Shown one piece after another: positions 1 to 9,715 of a stretch of DNA of 64,000 nt; within the stretch, counting starts at the first letter, position 1, and each line of letters starts with the position of its first letter. The notes under the pieces are model-generated. The model saw only the letters and a program-made list of their open reading frames with translations. It had not been told where the DNA came from and did not search any database. Source of the DNA: a virus; IMG/VR virus record IMGVR_UViG_3300037247_001890, positions 64,001 to 128,000 of that record. One strand, written 5' to 3'. The position numbers and the translations under genes were made by a program.

Positions 1-5
1 AAAAA

Positions 6-287
6 ATGGACCATGACGATAGACAACTTATAGTAGAATGCTTGTTATTCTCAGCATCAGTTCAAGTATGTGCGAATTGGGATGCTGAAAAGCAAGAAAG
101 GATGGTAGAATTAGCCAAAACACTAGGCATCAATCCGTCAGAAGATATTGAATTTTGGAAAGATGATATGGAATACGAAGAACCTTGGGCAGCACAAATA
201 CCAGAAAAATTTGAAATAAAACAAACTGGTGTAGATTCGAAACAAGATGAACCGACAAAAGAACAACCAGAAGAAGAAGGGGATTAA
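6..287 (+). CDS. hypothetical protein (acidic)
   Basis: 93-aa ORF followed by a hairpin terminator; no recognisable motif. Confidence 0.6.
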   Translation: MDHDDRQLIVECLLFSASVQVCANWDAEKQERMVELAKTLGINPSEDIEFWKDDMEYEEPWAAQIPEKFEIKQTGVDSKQDEPTKEQPEEEGD

Positions 288-302
288 TCTCCTTCTTTTT
301 TT
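274..302. terminator. bidirectional intrinsic terminator
   Basis: AGAAGGGGA-TTAA-TCTCCTTCT stem with a T run, between convergent genes. Confidence 0.7.
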
Positions 303-1074
303 ATTTCTTAAACACTTCTTTAAAGCCTTCGAGCAATTCTAGAAGTTTATTTCTCTCCAAATATTTATAAATAAAATTTACGCCTGATGTTTTTGGCACG
401 CCCCACCTATACCTGTATTGAAGTTTTCTAGCCTTATCAACATCTTTGTAAGTACGAACTAGTTCGTATATATCTCGTTCTATTTCTTTTAGCTTAGAAA
501 GTAATTGTTTCCCTTCTAAGTAAGTAATATCATGCAAATCAGACGTAAGCTCCGTCAATTTACTTCGAACTACTTGGGCATACAGACGGGCATATGGCTT
601 ATTTATCTCATAACGTTCTTCTGGATCTCGTATGTCCTCATAAGGAACAAAAGGTTTTTCCCAGATATCTTCTTCTCCGGTATCATAATTCTTTATTAGA
701 TAAACTGATGTTGTTTCATCTCCCCAATTAGGCTCCATTTCATGCTGAATAAAGTAAGTTATAGGATGAGTTGTCCCAGTGAGAAAATTCAACTGTTTAT
801 TATAAAATTTGAAATGTTGATGCCATTCTTCGAATTCGTCATCGTATTCTCTTCCCCAAGGAATACGAGACACCACGTTAATATCAATATCTGAAAATTT
901 ATTATATTGTAAACCAGCACTGCTACCAATAAACCACACAGATTTTATCAGGTTTCTTGGAATAAGAATATTAAGTTTATTAAGAATCTCGTCTTTCACA
1001 GGAGGGATAAGAGTATTATCTTCATTCCAAAGCAATGGATTTAAGCTTAGTTTTGGTTTATCTAATAGGCCCAT
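301..1074 (-). CDS. Pol-beta superfamily nucleotidyltransferase
   Basis: GSSAGLQYNKFSDIDINVV fits the GS-x(n)-DxD motif; start re-placed at MGLLDKPK (ATG 1074), just downstream of a promoter motif. Confidence 0.75.
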   Translation of the reverse strand: MGLLDKPKLSLNPLLWNEDNTLIPPVKDEILNKLNILIPRNLIKSVWFIGSSAGLQYNKFSDIDINVVSRIPWGREYDDEFEEWHQHFKFYNKQLNFLTGTTHPITYFIQHEMEPNWGDETTSVYLIKNYDTGEEDIWEKPFVPYEDIRDPEERYEINKPYARLYAQVVRSKLTELTSDLHDITYLEGKQLLSKLKEIERDIYELVRTYKDVDKARKLQYRYRWGVPKTSGVNFIYKYLERNKLLELLEGFKEVFKK

Positions 1075-1077
1075 GAA

Positions 1078-1109
1078 GAAATATAAAATATACAAGAACT
1101 AAAGTCAAG
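1078..1109 (-). promoter_or_regulatory. class A promoter CTTGA-N19-TATATTTC
   Basis: same motif and exact spacing as copies at 9423, 23852, 52612 and 59471. Confidence 0.65.
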
Positions 1110-1121
1110 GAAAAAAAATAG

Positions 1122-1661
1122 ATGGAATTAAGCCGGTTTTTCGAGAAGTTTCGACCACAAAAGGATTGGAAGCTTATACCTTCCGAAATGATACCATTGG
1201 AAATAGAACGATGGGAAACTTATAAAAAATTGATCACTAAAAGATCACGAAAGTATCTTAAAAAAGATAAAGCAAACCTACAAAAATATTTGGTAGGCAA
1301 TACTTTCCCATTAGGAGAGGTTTATGAAAATAACCCAAATAGGCTGGCAGAGTTGAATCCTTTATTTGATAAAGACACGAGAAGCTTTCCATTATGGGAA
1401 AAAATAAAAATTGCAGTAGATTGTATCGGTATAGATAATGAAAAGGGAAAAGAAATCCCAACTGTAAAAACTGTAATAAATGAAGCATTAAGAAATATGA
1501 TTGAAAAATTAAAGTCGCTCGATGTAGATGTATTAGATGCAGAAATAACTACGTTTGACTATCGTTTGGAAAAAGCAAGAAAAGACGCTGTAAGATCTGT
1601 AATTTCCAAAAAAATATTATTACCTTTTTACCCCCAACCGAAAGATATATATGTGGATTGA
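1122..1661 (+). CDS. hypothetical protein
   Basis: 179-aa ORF with AAGG RBS; overlaps the next gene. Confidence 0.6.
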   Translation: MELSRFFEKFRPQKDWKLIPSEMIPLEIERWETYKKLITKRSRKYLKKDKANLQKYLVGNTFPLGEVYENNPNRLAELNPLFDKDTRSFPLWEKIKIAVDCIGIDNEKGKEIPTVKTVINEALRNMIEKLKSLDVDVLDAEITTFDYRLEKARKDAVRSVISKKILLPFYPQPKDIYVD

Positions 1662-2250
1662 TATTTGGGAAAAAATGAAAAAATTAAATTCACGGATTCT
1701 TCGTGAAAGGCGTTACCTTAGTTATGACCAAATATGCGATGATACAAAACAAACGCCAACCAAAATTGATTGGACTTTGAATTATACTCGAGCACTTATT
1801 CATGAGGTAGCTGAGTATTTTGATGAAACAGATTCTCATAAAGAAAAAATTGAATTAATTGATATTTTATTTTTTCTGGTGAGTGTATTACAAGTCGCTG
1901 GCTGGGATGTGTTTACCTTCGAACAATTAATGCAAGAAGAACATACCCCTTATAAAAATTATGAATTCTACCCGGAAAACATGATATTTACTGCGATCGA
2001 AATTGAAAATTCAATTGCCTGGAAACATTGGAAATCTTACACATTTGGTATTCATCCGAATAAATTTCATGATGCAATATTAGATTTTGTGGAAGATTGG
2101 AAAGAGCATACATTTATAGTACACAAAATGACTCCAACACAAATACACCAGGCATTTTTAGATAAATTAGATGTGAACCACAAACGGCAAGATGGTGGTT
2201 ACACAAAGAAGAAAAAAGATGACGATATACATGTAAGGACATCGCAATGA
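1651..2250 (+). CDS. dimeric all-alpha dUTPase / NTP pyrophosphatase
   Basis: HEVAEY..ELIDILFF acidic helices, WKHWK motif and C-terminal KxxVNxxRQxxGY, as in dimeric dUTPases. Confidence 0.75.
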   Translation: MWIDIWEKMKKLNSRILRERRYLSYDQICDDTKQTPTKIDWTLNYTRALIHEVAEYFDETDSHKEKIELIDILFFLVSVLQVAGWDVFTFEQLMQEEHTPYKNYEFYPENMIFTAIEIENSIAWKHWKSYTFGIHPNKFHDAILDFVEDWKEHTFIVHKMTPTQIHQAFLDKLDVNHKRQDGGYTKKKKDDDIHVRTSQ

Positions 2251-2633
2251 AACTTACAAAGAATTATAGTGATGCATGCAATACCTTGATCGGAAAAATA
2301 TATTATTTATATAATCCGTTCGAATCTACAATATATGAGGTTTATATTCAGAGTATAATAGAGAATATGTTCGGAGAGCCAGATGAAATATATGTCAAAC
2401 TTCGACTATACGCTGATGAACAAGGCATAAAAGATATAAGTCGATCCTGGGATGACGTGAAATCAGTGGCATCATTTCCATATCTAGCAAATGAATTAAT
2501 AGAAAAGAAATTAGCAATAATTGCTTTTCATGCTGATTTAGTAATGAAACAGAGCAAGTTAGAGGAGGAATCGAAATCAATCGGAAACGCCCTGCAACAA
2601 CTACGCTCAGAGCTAACAGCGATATCTTCTTAA
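2247..2633 (+). CDS. hypothetical protein
   Basis: 128-aa ORF with ATGA overlap to the previous gene. Confidence 0.6.
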   Translation: MKLTKNYSDACNTLIGKIYYLYNPFESTIYEVYIQSIIENMFGEPDEIYVKLRLYADEQGIKDISRSWDDVKSVASFPYLANELIEKKLAIIAFHADLVMKQSKLEEESKSIGNALQQLRSELTAISS

Positions 2634-2734
2634 AAGATATAAATAAAAAATATAAAGTTAGAGTTAATAGATTAGTACGTATCAAAACACTGAGGAAATA
2701 TTCAGATAATTGGGGAAATGATCATATTCGTAAA

Positions 2735-2968
2735 TTGATAATATACAATTTAACAGATTTGAGCTTTATAGTAAGAGATGCCATAGAGCATAATATTACT
2801 CATTTATACATACCCGATATTTTTCCTTTATGTAACCATAAAAAATATGGTTATTTTTTAAAACAATACGAAGGGCTTGTATTGGGAATATTAGCACAAT
2901 TAAAAGGAACAAAATTAGAGATAATTTGGCATCCTAATAATGCGGATCGAATAGCAAAAATGGCATAA
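2735..2968 (+). CDS. hypothetical protein (start uncertain)
   Basis: TTG-start ORF; the frame stays open about 200 nt further upstream without an ATG. Confidence 0.4.
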   Translation: MIIYNLTDLSFIVRDAIEHNITHLYIPDIFPLCNHKKYGYFLKQYEGLVLGILAQLKGTKLEIIWHPNNADRIAKMA

Positions 2969-2970
2969 GA
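2961..2970 (+). promoter_or_regulatory. class B motif TGGCATAAGA (candidate early promoter)
   Basis: GG(A/C)ATAAGA recurs at 3051, 9397 and 59518, at starts of + strand units. Confidence 0.45.
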
Positions 2971-3003
2971 AAAATGTAATAACTCCACTTACCCGGAGAG
3001 AAG

Positions 3004-3039
3004 AAAAAAGTCGCGTGGAGAAATCCCGTGGCTTTTTTT
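3004..3039 (+). terminator. intrinsic terminator
   Basis: AAAAAAGTCGCG-TGGAGAAATCC-CGTGGCTTTTTTT hairpin with G-U pairs and a T7 run. Confidence 0.6.
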
Positions 3040-3050
3040 ACATTTAAAAC

Positions 3051-3060
3051 AGGCATAAGA
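3051..3060 (+). promoter_or_regulatory. class B motif AGGCATAAGA
   Basis: repeat of the motif, upstream of the small ORF at 3109. Confidence 0.45.
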
Positions 3061-3108
3061 GAAATGATAATAAACAATAATCTTTAAATTTTGAGAGGAT
3101 GGCATCTA

Positions 3109-3267
3109 ATGGCTAGAGTTAAAGTCTATCCTCTGGGTAAGAAAGGACCGAGAGAAATCAGTCCAGGAGAAATAAACGCTGAGCTTGCTAAGCGTTCCGA
3201 AATCACACTAAAATTTTTGCAAAGAAAAGGCAGGATAAAGAAAAGAGAATCAAATTTGGATGATTAA
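3109..3267 (+). CDS. small basic hypothetical protein (52 aa, MARVKVYPLGKKGPRE...)
   Basis: read by eye; GAGAGGA RBS upstream and terminator downstream; absent from the ORF track. Confidence 0.55.
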   Translation: MARVKVYPLGKKGPREISPGEINAELAKRSEITLKFLQRKGRIKKRESNLDD

Positions 3268-3294
3268 AGGAGCAGACAAAGATGACATAATTAT

Positions 3295-3325
3295 AAAAGA
3301 GGCCAGGAATCCAGCCTCTTTTTTT
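3295..3325. terminator. bidirectional terminator
   Basis: AAAAGAGGC...GCCTCTTTTTTT between convergent genes. Confidence 0.7.
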
Positions 3326-3328
3326 AGC

Positions 3329-6300
3329 TTAATAAGTATATCTGGGATCCTTAGCAAATTCCAAACCATACATATATGCTGGGAGTGGATTGTGACCATG
3401 TATATTTGATGCCATTCTAGTAGATGCCATATCTTTGATAGTGTTTTTTAAATGAACATTAGACAATCTATCTAACCAATCTTGCCCGTCGTCGGTAAGC
3501 ATCTCTATTGATTTGAAATATTCGTTGAATTGTGCAGGTGTTTTATTATCTCTGATCAATGCTTTATTTTTTTTCTTGATGTAGCTCGCTGATATTTTGT
3601 CTCCTATAAGCAAATCTGTATCCCCAGGATCTAAAATTTCAGCATTGTCTGTCACACCACGAATTGCTGTTTCAAAAGTTTTTTGGAAAAATTTATTTTC
3701 ATAAATATTATCCAGTTCTTTAACCATTTCTCGTTGGGCATATTTAAAACTCTTTAATTCAGCTAACTCTTGTGGCTTAATAACTCCTGTTGATATTTTG
3801 TCACCTTTAATTACTGATTGATACCTTTTTACTGTGGGTTCTAAATTTAATGGAACATAATGTGTTATTCCATTTATGAGTATATCTTTTCCACCAATAG
3901 GACTTTCTTTTATACTTTCAATTTGACCGTCAGTTTGTGCCAAGGTTGCTTTATTTGGCACAGTTTCAGGAACTTTGAATATTTGTTCTAATCTTTTAAA
4001 ACCGGCTAAAGCACTTCCACCTGAATCGACTGCCCCGCCTGTATGAAAAGTACGCATTGTAAGTTGAGTACTTCTTTCTGATATTGCTTGCCCATCTAAA
4101 ACCCCAACATTGGTACCAATAGGTGCAAAATCGCCACCTGGCATCAAACCATAGCATTTTTGACAAACACCCTGTGGAGTTTCACATGTCAAAGGACTTC
4201 TGACCACCACAATATTCATTTTAGCTTTTTTTAGCTTCTGTTGAATGTCTAGAGTTATAAGTTGTGCTGCTTCTACAATACCTTCTATATCGAGAGCAGA
4301 TGTGCGATCAAGAATATTTTTATCTGTAATATCAAATTCTATACCATCATTAGTGCCGCAATCTTCTTCTATTACTAATAATTTCCTTGTATTTGCAAGA
4401 AGTCTTTTATTCAATTCACCCGATTCTTGTGTGTTAACTGCACGATCAATAGTACCTTTTCGTACCCCATAAATACTGTTCCAATAATCAAAACTGTCCA
4501 AACCCTCACCATAACTTTTTGTTATAGGAATTGGTATTTCGTTTCCTTTAGTATCTTGAAGAATTCCAGGCATTCCTATCATTTGAATGACGCCTTCTTC
4601 ACTTTTAAGTGCACCTGATTTTAGCCATTCATAAAATTTGTTGGAATCTGAATATTTTTTATAAAGTTCTTTTTTTAATTCCACCTTAGCATTTTTATAA
4701 GCTTCGATTTTTTTCTCGTCAGACGAGTTTGGACCTAGTGTTGATTTCCATTTTTCTAGTATGTTTTCTCTTATAGAATGATCTACCTGCAAATCATTGA
4801 TGGAGACAGTACTCCCGCGAAGATGACCATAACGATTGCCAAGATCTTTTAATCCTGAAATAACCTGGTCAAAGTTTTCTGGAGTTTCATATGCTATTTT
4901 TTCTAATATAGAATTCACTTTTCTACTATCAAATAAGTTATCATAATCTCGAAATTGTTTTGGCAATATAGAATTCACTAGTTGAATACCTATAGTTGTT
5001 TTTTTACCATTTAAACTGAAAACATCTGTCATGCCAATACCAGCATTTTCTGCATCTACTACAGTCTTAAATCTTTTTTTGGTATCTTTACCAGGAACAG
5101 TTAAATAATATAAGCCTAGTTGATAATCTTTACTTATTGCGTGTACTACGGAGTTATCACCAGCTTTAAATACATTTTTAGATGGTAGCATACCCCATGC
5201 CTCATCTACAGCTTCATTTGTTACGGGAACATGGACGGCCATAGCATCGCCATCATAATCCAAATTAAAACCCGCATTGATTAATGGATTTGTTTTAATA
5301 TCTTTACCATCTACTAATATGGGCTTGAAGGCTTGTATTCCGTGTTTATGTAGAGTTGGTGCCCTGTTTAGCAATACGGGACGATTTTCCATTACTTTTA
5401 AGAGTGCTTTTCTTGAACCTATACCATTATCTTTTATATTTTCTAGAGCTTCCAAAGGTTTAAATCCCATTTGAAGCATTTCTTTGATAATAAAAGGTCT
5501 GTAAATAACTTTTGCCATTTCTACGGGAATTCCGGCTTGGTCCAGACCCAATGATGGGTCTACAGTAACAGTAGATCTTCCAGACACATCTTGCCTCTTA
5601 GTCCATACACTTCTTTGTGCAAAACCTTCTTTTGGAACAGATCCTGCAATTGTTTTTACTATACCTGCACTTCTTTTCATTTGTTGATGAAGTGGTTCTT
5701 GTAATCCAACAGCTTCTTTCAAAATACGGTACATATCTTTTCTAGCGGTTCTAGAGAGTTCTTCATCGAATCCCAAATCTTTATTTGTTTTTATGGCGTA
5801 TGCTGTTTGTGCAATTCTAGTGTAATGATGATTAATAGGACTTACTTGTAAATCTCCTGACGGTAATGGGTAAATGGGTCTAAATTTTGCTGGCATTACA
5901 GGAAATTTACTTATCATCAAATCAGTAGGTTTAAAACCAAAAGTTTTTAATGCTTCAAGATGCTTATACTTTTTGTTCAATAGATTACGTTTTGATTTTG
6001 GAGCTTCTTTTAATTCTGCTTTTGTTTTTTTAATTTCGCTTTTCAGATTTATTTCGTTTAATTTTTTTTGTATTAACTTATTACCAGTGACGCCATCCTC
6101 TGAATACGTTTCATTCATTATTTCATCAAATTTTGGACGGGTTAATCCTGTTATTTTTATTATAGCATCCTCAAATATTGGATGTGGCATTTTGGTGTTT
6201 AAATTAATATGTGACCACTTGCTGCCTTGCATACCTCCTACGACATCGGGATCGAACAAACCACCTTTGATTGGTGCTAGATTTTTACCACGTAATACAT

Positions 6301-9300
6301 CCCTGGCGTCTTTTATTTCCCCACCAGACAGTTTAGCAAGCTGCTTATCAGTAAATGGTGATGTAAGTAGATAATTACCGTTTTTAGTTACGTTTACACC
6401 AGCATTTTGTAAATGAGCTACAAGCTTATCAAATACAAAATTTGTTTTAGGAGTTGGCAATGGAAGTCCAACTTGTAATGCTTGCCATATTTCGTCATTC
6501 TTTTGACCTTTTATCAATGTTGCATCACGTAGATTTTTTGTAGCTCCATGTGCTATCATAGCATACATTGTCATTGGATCAATACTTTGACCACCAGTTT
6601 TTCCGGCTGCAGGCTGTAAATTCAAATCATACGAACTACGTTCTCGGGCTTTGTGTTTTTTTTCAACATCATGCATTAAACGTAAGATATATTGATTACC
6701 CGTGAAGATTTTATTTTCGAATGGTTTCCCATCTTTTCCGTCAAAAAGCTGTTCTTCTACCTCAATTTTCTCTTGTTTTAATTTAGCAGTTATATCGGCT
6801 AAAGAATTCTCTCCACTAAAATTTTTTACTATATATTTTTTACCAACTTTTTTGGCCCATTTACCAGCAGCAGTTTCAAGCAACTGACTGGGATTAATAC
6901 GGCCGGGCACACCGGCTGGGCTCATAATAAGATCTATACGTTTTCCGTCTTTATTATGTGGAGCATCACTATTAGGAATTATTTTTGTGATAATACCTTT
7001 ATTACCATATCTTCCAGATATTTTATCACCGACTACCATTGGATTTTCAACGACAATCCAGATATTTATACTTTTTCCTACACTTCTGACATATTTTACT
7101 ACACCTGTTTTATCTTGTGGCCACTCTAAACTTTTGTCGATGTGAGCAAGAAATGATGCTTTACCCATCTTTTTTACCATCATTTCAGTTAAAGTCATAT
7201 CACGTGGTTCCATATAAGAAATGAGGATATCACCTGATTCAACTTTTTCGCCTTCCTTTATAATTCCGTTTTCATCTAATTTAGAGAAATTTTTAGGGGT
7301 CAATTTATCAGGAAATATAATTCTAAATTTAGTTTTATCAGTCATACCATTTTTTGCTTGATACAAACTTTTTTTGACCATACTTGAAGAAGTGAATTTC
7401 TTAGCAAATGATTCAGTAACTACCACGCCATCTTCGAAATTAAAACCTTTCCATGGCATGTATGCCACATTGACATTTGATCCAACAGCCAGAATTGAGT
7501 TTCTTGAAAAATTATGATCAGCTAGGACTTGCCCCTTTGTAACTTTGTCCCCAACTTTTACCGAAGGTGTGGAGTGTAAGTAGGAATTTTGATTCAAAGG
7601 AAAATAATCATATAAACCAATTTTGACACTTTTTCCATTATTATTTTTTAATACTATATAATCTTTATCTATATATGTTATTTCGCCTGCTTGTTCTGCG
7701 TATGGTTGTAAATAAGAACCTGTGATGCCTTCCCACGTATTTTTATCATTAAAATGTGATTGAACAAGGGGTTCTTCACGATTAACAAGACTAACGGCTT
7801 GTGTCAACATTCGGGATCCCATACTAGCTCTGTTACCTTGGGTATTGGCTAAAAATGGAACTAGGTTGGATGTATAAGAGTATATACTGGCAGGATCGAT
7901 TAAAAAATATTCTACTTCACTTGGTTTGAATAGGGTTTGTTTTCCCTGATAATAACCTTTTACTACTCTGCCTTTTGGTTTTATGATTCCATTTACTATT
8001 TTATACTGATCAGGAAAACCTAATTTTATATTCCACACTTCCGCAGCCATCTTATCTTCATAGGACTTTGCTAAATGTTTTTCATCAACACTGGCACCAC
8101 TTTTCAATAAAGGTGTTAAAATATTTTTTTTCTTTTTTATAACTTCTGTAGCCAGTGGAAGTGTGATACCTACTTTGAAACTATCTGGTGTTGCAATCGG
8201 ATCTAAAAAACCTATGTGTGATGGATGAAGGTCACGTGCTTCGTTGGTGATTGCGTGTCTACTTTGAATACCTCCTGTACCCATGATAGTAGTCTTACGC
8301 CATTCATTTAACATTTCTAGGGGATTAGTTTGCGGCGTAGTCGAAGATAAATCAGCCTGTGGTCCAACAAAGAAATTTCTTATAGCATCACCATAATCGC
8401 TTGAACTAATTATTTCTCTTAATTTGTCTTTATTTTCTGAACTTCTGGCAATTCTGGCCACTATTTTTGGTGTATTTTTTTCAAAATATGCATTAAGTAG
8501 ATCATCGACTCCATACAGATCTTTAAAAGTTAAAGAATCTCTTTGATCTGGCTCCTCTTGACCTCTTCTTACTTTCAGAATTTTCTCTGAGGTTGCTAAT
8601 AAGGCTTCAGGTGTTACGCTTTCAAAACTTTTACCAAGGGTTAATTTGGTTGTGAATGGGCTAACTTTAGTATTATCAAAATATTCTTTTAAACCTTCTG
8701 CGGCTTTGTCGTAAGAAACTTCTTGATGTGTCAATTGCTTATAAAGATCAATTACTATTCTTTCTTGTTTTCCTATGGAGGTTCCTACATTTAATCTATA
8801 AACCTCTTCTCCCCAAGCCTTTTTCATTTCATTATCAGAAATGCCAAGAGCTTTCAAAATACCATATAGCTCATAATGTTTATTTTTTCTAGTAAGGAAA
8901 AAAATTCTTTTTTCTGGATCTAAATCCATTTCAAAGTTATAACCCTTTTCCAAATTAAATTGAGATACTATTTGTCCATTGTTTTTTACTCTTGTATAAA
9001 TTCCAGGTTTTAAGCGAAATTGATTCATTGTATGATATTCATTGCCATCTATGATAGTAGAAAATCTATTAGTCATCATTGGTATCGAACCAATTTTTAA
9101 TCTCGCAGAATCCAGAGTTTTGCCAGTCTCATTATCTATTAAACGCATAGTTGCATGTACAGGATAATCCCATGACTTGCCTGCTAGTTTTGCTTTTTTT
9201 TGATCTGGAAAATCGTCGGGAGTTATAGACTTATCAGCTACTTCTAGACTTTCTAATTCTATGGTTTTTTTGGAACCTTTAATTGGAAACTGAGATTTGA

Positions 9301-9376
9301 TCGAATTAGTAATAGAATTTCTAATTTCTTCATTTCTAATTTTAATGCTAAAAGCGTCTCTTACGCTATTTGCCAT
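3329..9376 (-). CDS. rpoBC: single-chain fused beta-beta' DNA-directed RNA polymerase
   Basis: beta motifs GDKISGRYGNKG and PGRINPSQLLE; beta' motifs NRAPTLHKHGIQAF, catalytic FNLDYDGD, TQLTMRTFHTGG (trigger loop) and Zn site C..C..CQKCYG; no stop between the halves. Confidence 0.95.
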   Translation of the reverse strand: MANSVRDAFSIKIRNEEIRNSITNSIKSQFPIKGSKKTIELESLEVADKSITPDDFPDQKKAKLAGKSWDYPVHATMRLIDNETGKTLDSARLKIGSIPMMTNRFSTIIDGNEYHTMNQFRLKPGIYTRVKNNGQIVSQFNLEKGYNFEMDLDPEKRIFFLTRKNKHYELYGILKALGISDNEMKKAWGEEVYRLNVGTSIGKQERIVIDLYKQLTHQEVSYDKAAEGLKEYFDNTKVSPFTTKLTLGKSFESVTPEALLATSEKILKVRRGQEEPDQRDSLTFKDLYGVDDLLNAYFEKNTPKIVARIARSSENKDKLREIISSSDYGDAIRNFFVGPQADLSSTTPQTNPLEMLNEWRKTTIMGTGGIQSRHAITNEARDLHPSHIGFLDPIATPDSFKVGITLPLATEVIKKKKNILTPLLKSGASVDEKHLAKSYEDKMAAEVWNIKLGFPDQYKIVNGIIKPKGRVVKGYYQGKQTLFKPSEVEYFLIDPASIYSYTSNLVPFLANTQGNRASMGSRMLTQAVSLVNREEPLVQSHFNDKNTWEGITGSYLQPYAEQAGEITYIDKDYIVLKNNNGKSVKIGLYDYFPLNQNSYLHSTPSVKVGDKVTKGQVLADHNFSRNSILAVGSNVNVAYMPWKGFNFEDGVVVTESFAKKFTSSSMVKKSLYQAKNGMTDKTKFRIIFPDKLTPKNFSKLDENGIIKEGEKVESGDILISYMEPRDMTLTEMMVKKMGKASFLAHIDKSLEWPQDKTGVVKYVRSVGKSINIWIVVENPMVVGDKISGRYGNKGIITKIIPNSDAPHNKDGKRIDLIMSPAGVPGRINPSQLLETAAGKWAKKVGKKYIVKNFSGENSLADITAKLKQEKIEVEEQLFDGKDGKPFENKIFTGNQYILRLMHDVEKKHKARERSSYDLNLQPAAGKTGGQSIDPMTMYAMIAHGATKNLRDATLIKGQKNDEIWQALQVGLPLPTPKTNFVFDKLVAHLQNAGVNVTKNGNYLLTSPFTDKQLAKLSGGEIKDARDVLRGKNLAPIKGGLFDPDVVGGMQGSKWSHINLNTKMPHPIFEDAIIKITGLTRPKFDEIMNETYSEDGVTGNKLIQKKLNEINLKSEIKKTKAELKEAPKSKRNLLNKKYKHLEALKTFGFKPTDLMISKFPVMPAKFRPIYPLPSGDLQVSPINHHYTRIAQTAYAIKTNKDLGFDEELSRTARKDMYRILKEAVGLQEPLHQQMKRSAGIVKTIAGSVPKEGFAQRSVWTKRQDVSGRSTVTVDPSLGLDQAGIPVEMAKVIYRPFIIKEMLQMGFKPLEALENIKDNGIGSRKALLKVMENRPVLLNRAPTLHKHGIQAFKPILVDGKDIKTNPLINAGFNLDYDGDAMAVHVPVTNEAVDEAWGMLPSKNVFKAGDNSVVHAISKDYQLGLYYLTVPGKDTKKRFKTVVDAENAGIGMTDVFSLNGKKTTIGIQLVNSILPKQFRDYDNLFDSRKVNSILEKIAYETPENFDQVISGLKDLGNRYGHLRGSTVSINDLQVDHSIRENILEKWKSTLGPNSSDEKKIEAYKNAKVELKKELYKKYSDSNKFYEWLKSGALKSEEGVIQMIGMPGILQDTKGNEIPIPITKSYGEGLDSFDYWNSIYGVRKGTIDRAVNTQESGELNKRLLANTRKLLVIEEDCGTNDGIEFDITDKNILDRTSALDIEGIVEAAQLITLDIQQKLKKAKMNIVVVRSPLTCETPQGVCQKCYGLMPGGDFAPIGTNVGVLDGQAISERSTQLTMRTFHTGGAVDSGGSALAGFKRLEQIFKVPETVPNKATLAQTDGQIESIKESPIGGKDILINGITHYVPLNLEPTVKRYQSVIKGDKISTGVIKPQELAELKSFKYAQREMVKELDNIYENKFFQKTFETAIRGVTDNAEILDPGDTDLLIGDKISASYIKKKNKALIRDNKTPAQFNEYFKSIEMLTDDGQDWLDRLSNVHLKNTIKDMASTRMASNIHGHNPLPAYMYGLEFAKDPRYTY

Positions 9377-9396
9377 CTACATTTATCCTTATTTTT

Positions 9397-9406
9397 TGGA
9401 ATAAGA
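9397..9406 (+). promoter_or_regulatory. class B motif TGGAATAAGA
   Basis: at the divergence point, heading the + strand accessory block. Confidence 0.5.
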
Positions 9407-9422
9407 TGATTGTGTACTATTC

Positions 9423-9454
9423 TAAATATACTGAAGAAGGTACATGAAATCAAG
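9423..9454 (-). promoter_or_regulatory. class A promoter CTTGA-N19-TATATTTA for the RNAP gene
   Basis: exact consensus, ending about 47 nt upstream of the RNAP start. Confidence 0.7.
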
Positions 9455-9539
9455 TATTATCTACTTTTACCCTCCTAACAATGGAATATATTGCCTAACA
9501 AAATATTCGCCCCAAGGAAACAAACAGATAATGCTATAA
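9444..9539 (+). CDS. 31-aa small ORF (MKSSIIYFYPPNNGIYCLTKYSPQGNKQIML)
   Basis: GAAGG RBS; short, could be a leader peptide or spurious. Confidence 0.3.
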   Translation: MKSSIIYFYPPNNGIYCLTKYSPQGNKQIML

Positions 9540-9650
9540 CGGGGAGTGAAAACCGTAGAAGGTCTTCAAAGAAGACCGTACCAAAAAATATAAACTGCCA
9601 AAGTTCCGTTAATCACAAGGTGCTGACCAAAAGATAAAAACAGTTTAATG

Positions 9651-9687
9651 GGGTCTTTTGATAATCAAAAGACCCTTTTATTTTTTT
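9651..9687 (+). terminator. intrinsic terminator
   Basis: GGGTCTTTTGA-TAA-TCAAAAGACCC followed by a T-rich tail. Confidence 0.75.
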
Positions 9688-9715
9688 ATTAAAAGTAGGA
9701 GTTGATAATCTAAAA

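Noticed and set aside
2961-3070. Class B motif as a sigma54 promoter
   Set aside because: TGGCA is present but there is no GC at the required -12 spacing.
4245-6887. + strand ORFs inside the RNAP gene, and similar antisense ORFs elsewhere
   Set aside because: They are shadow frames opposite well-supported genes and carry no motifs.
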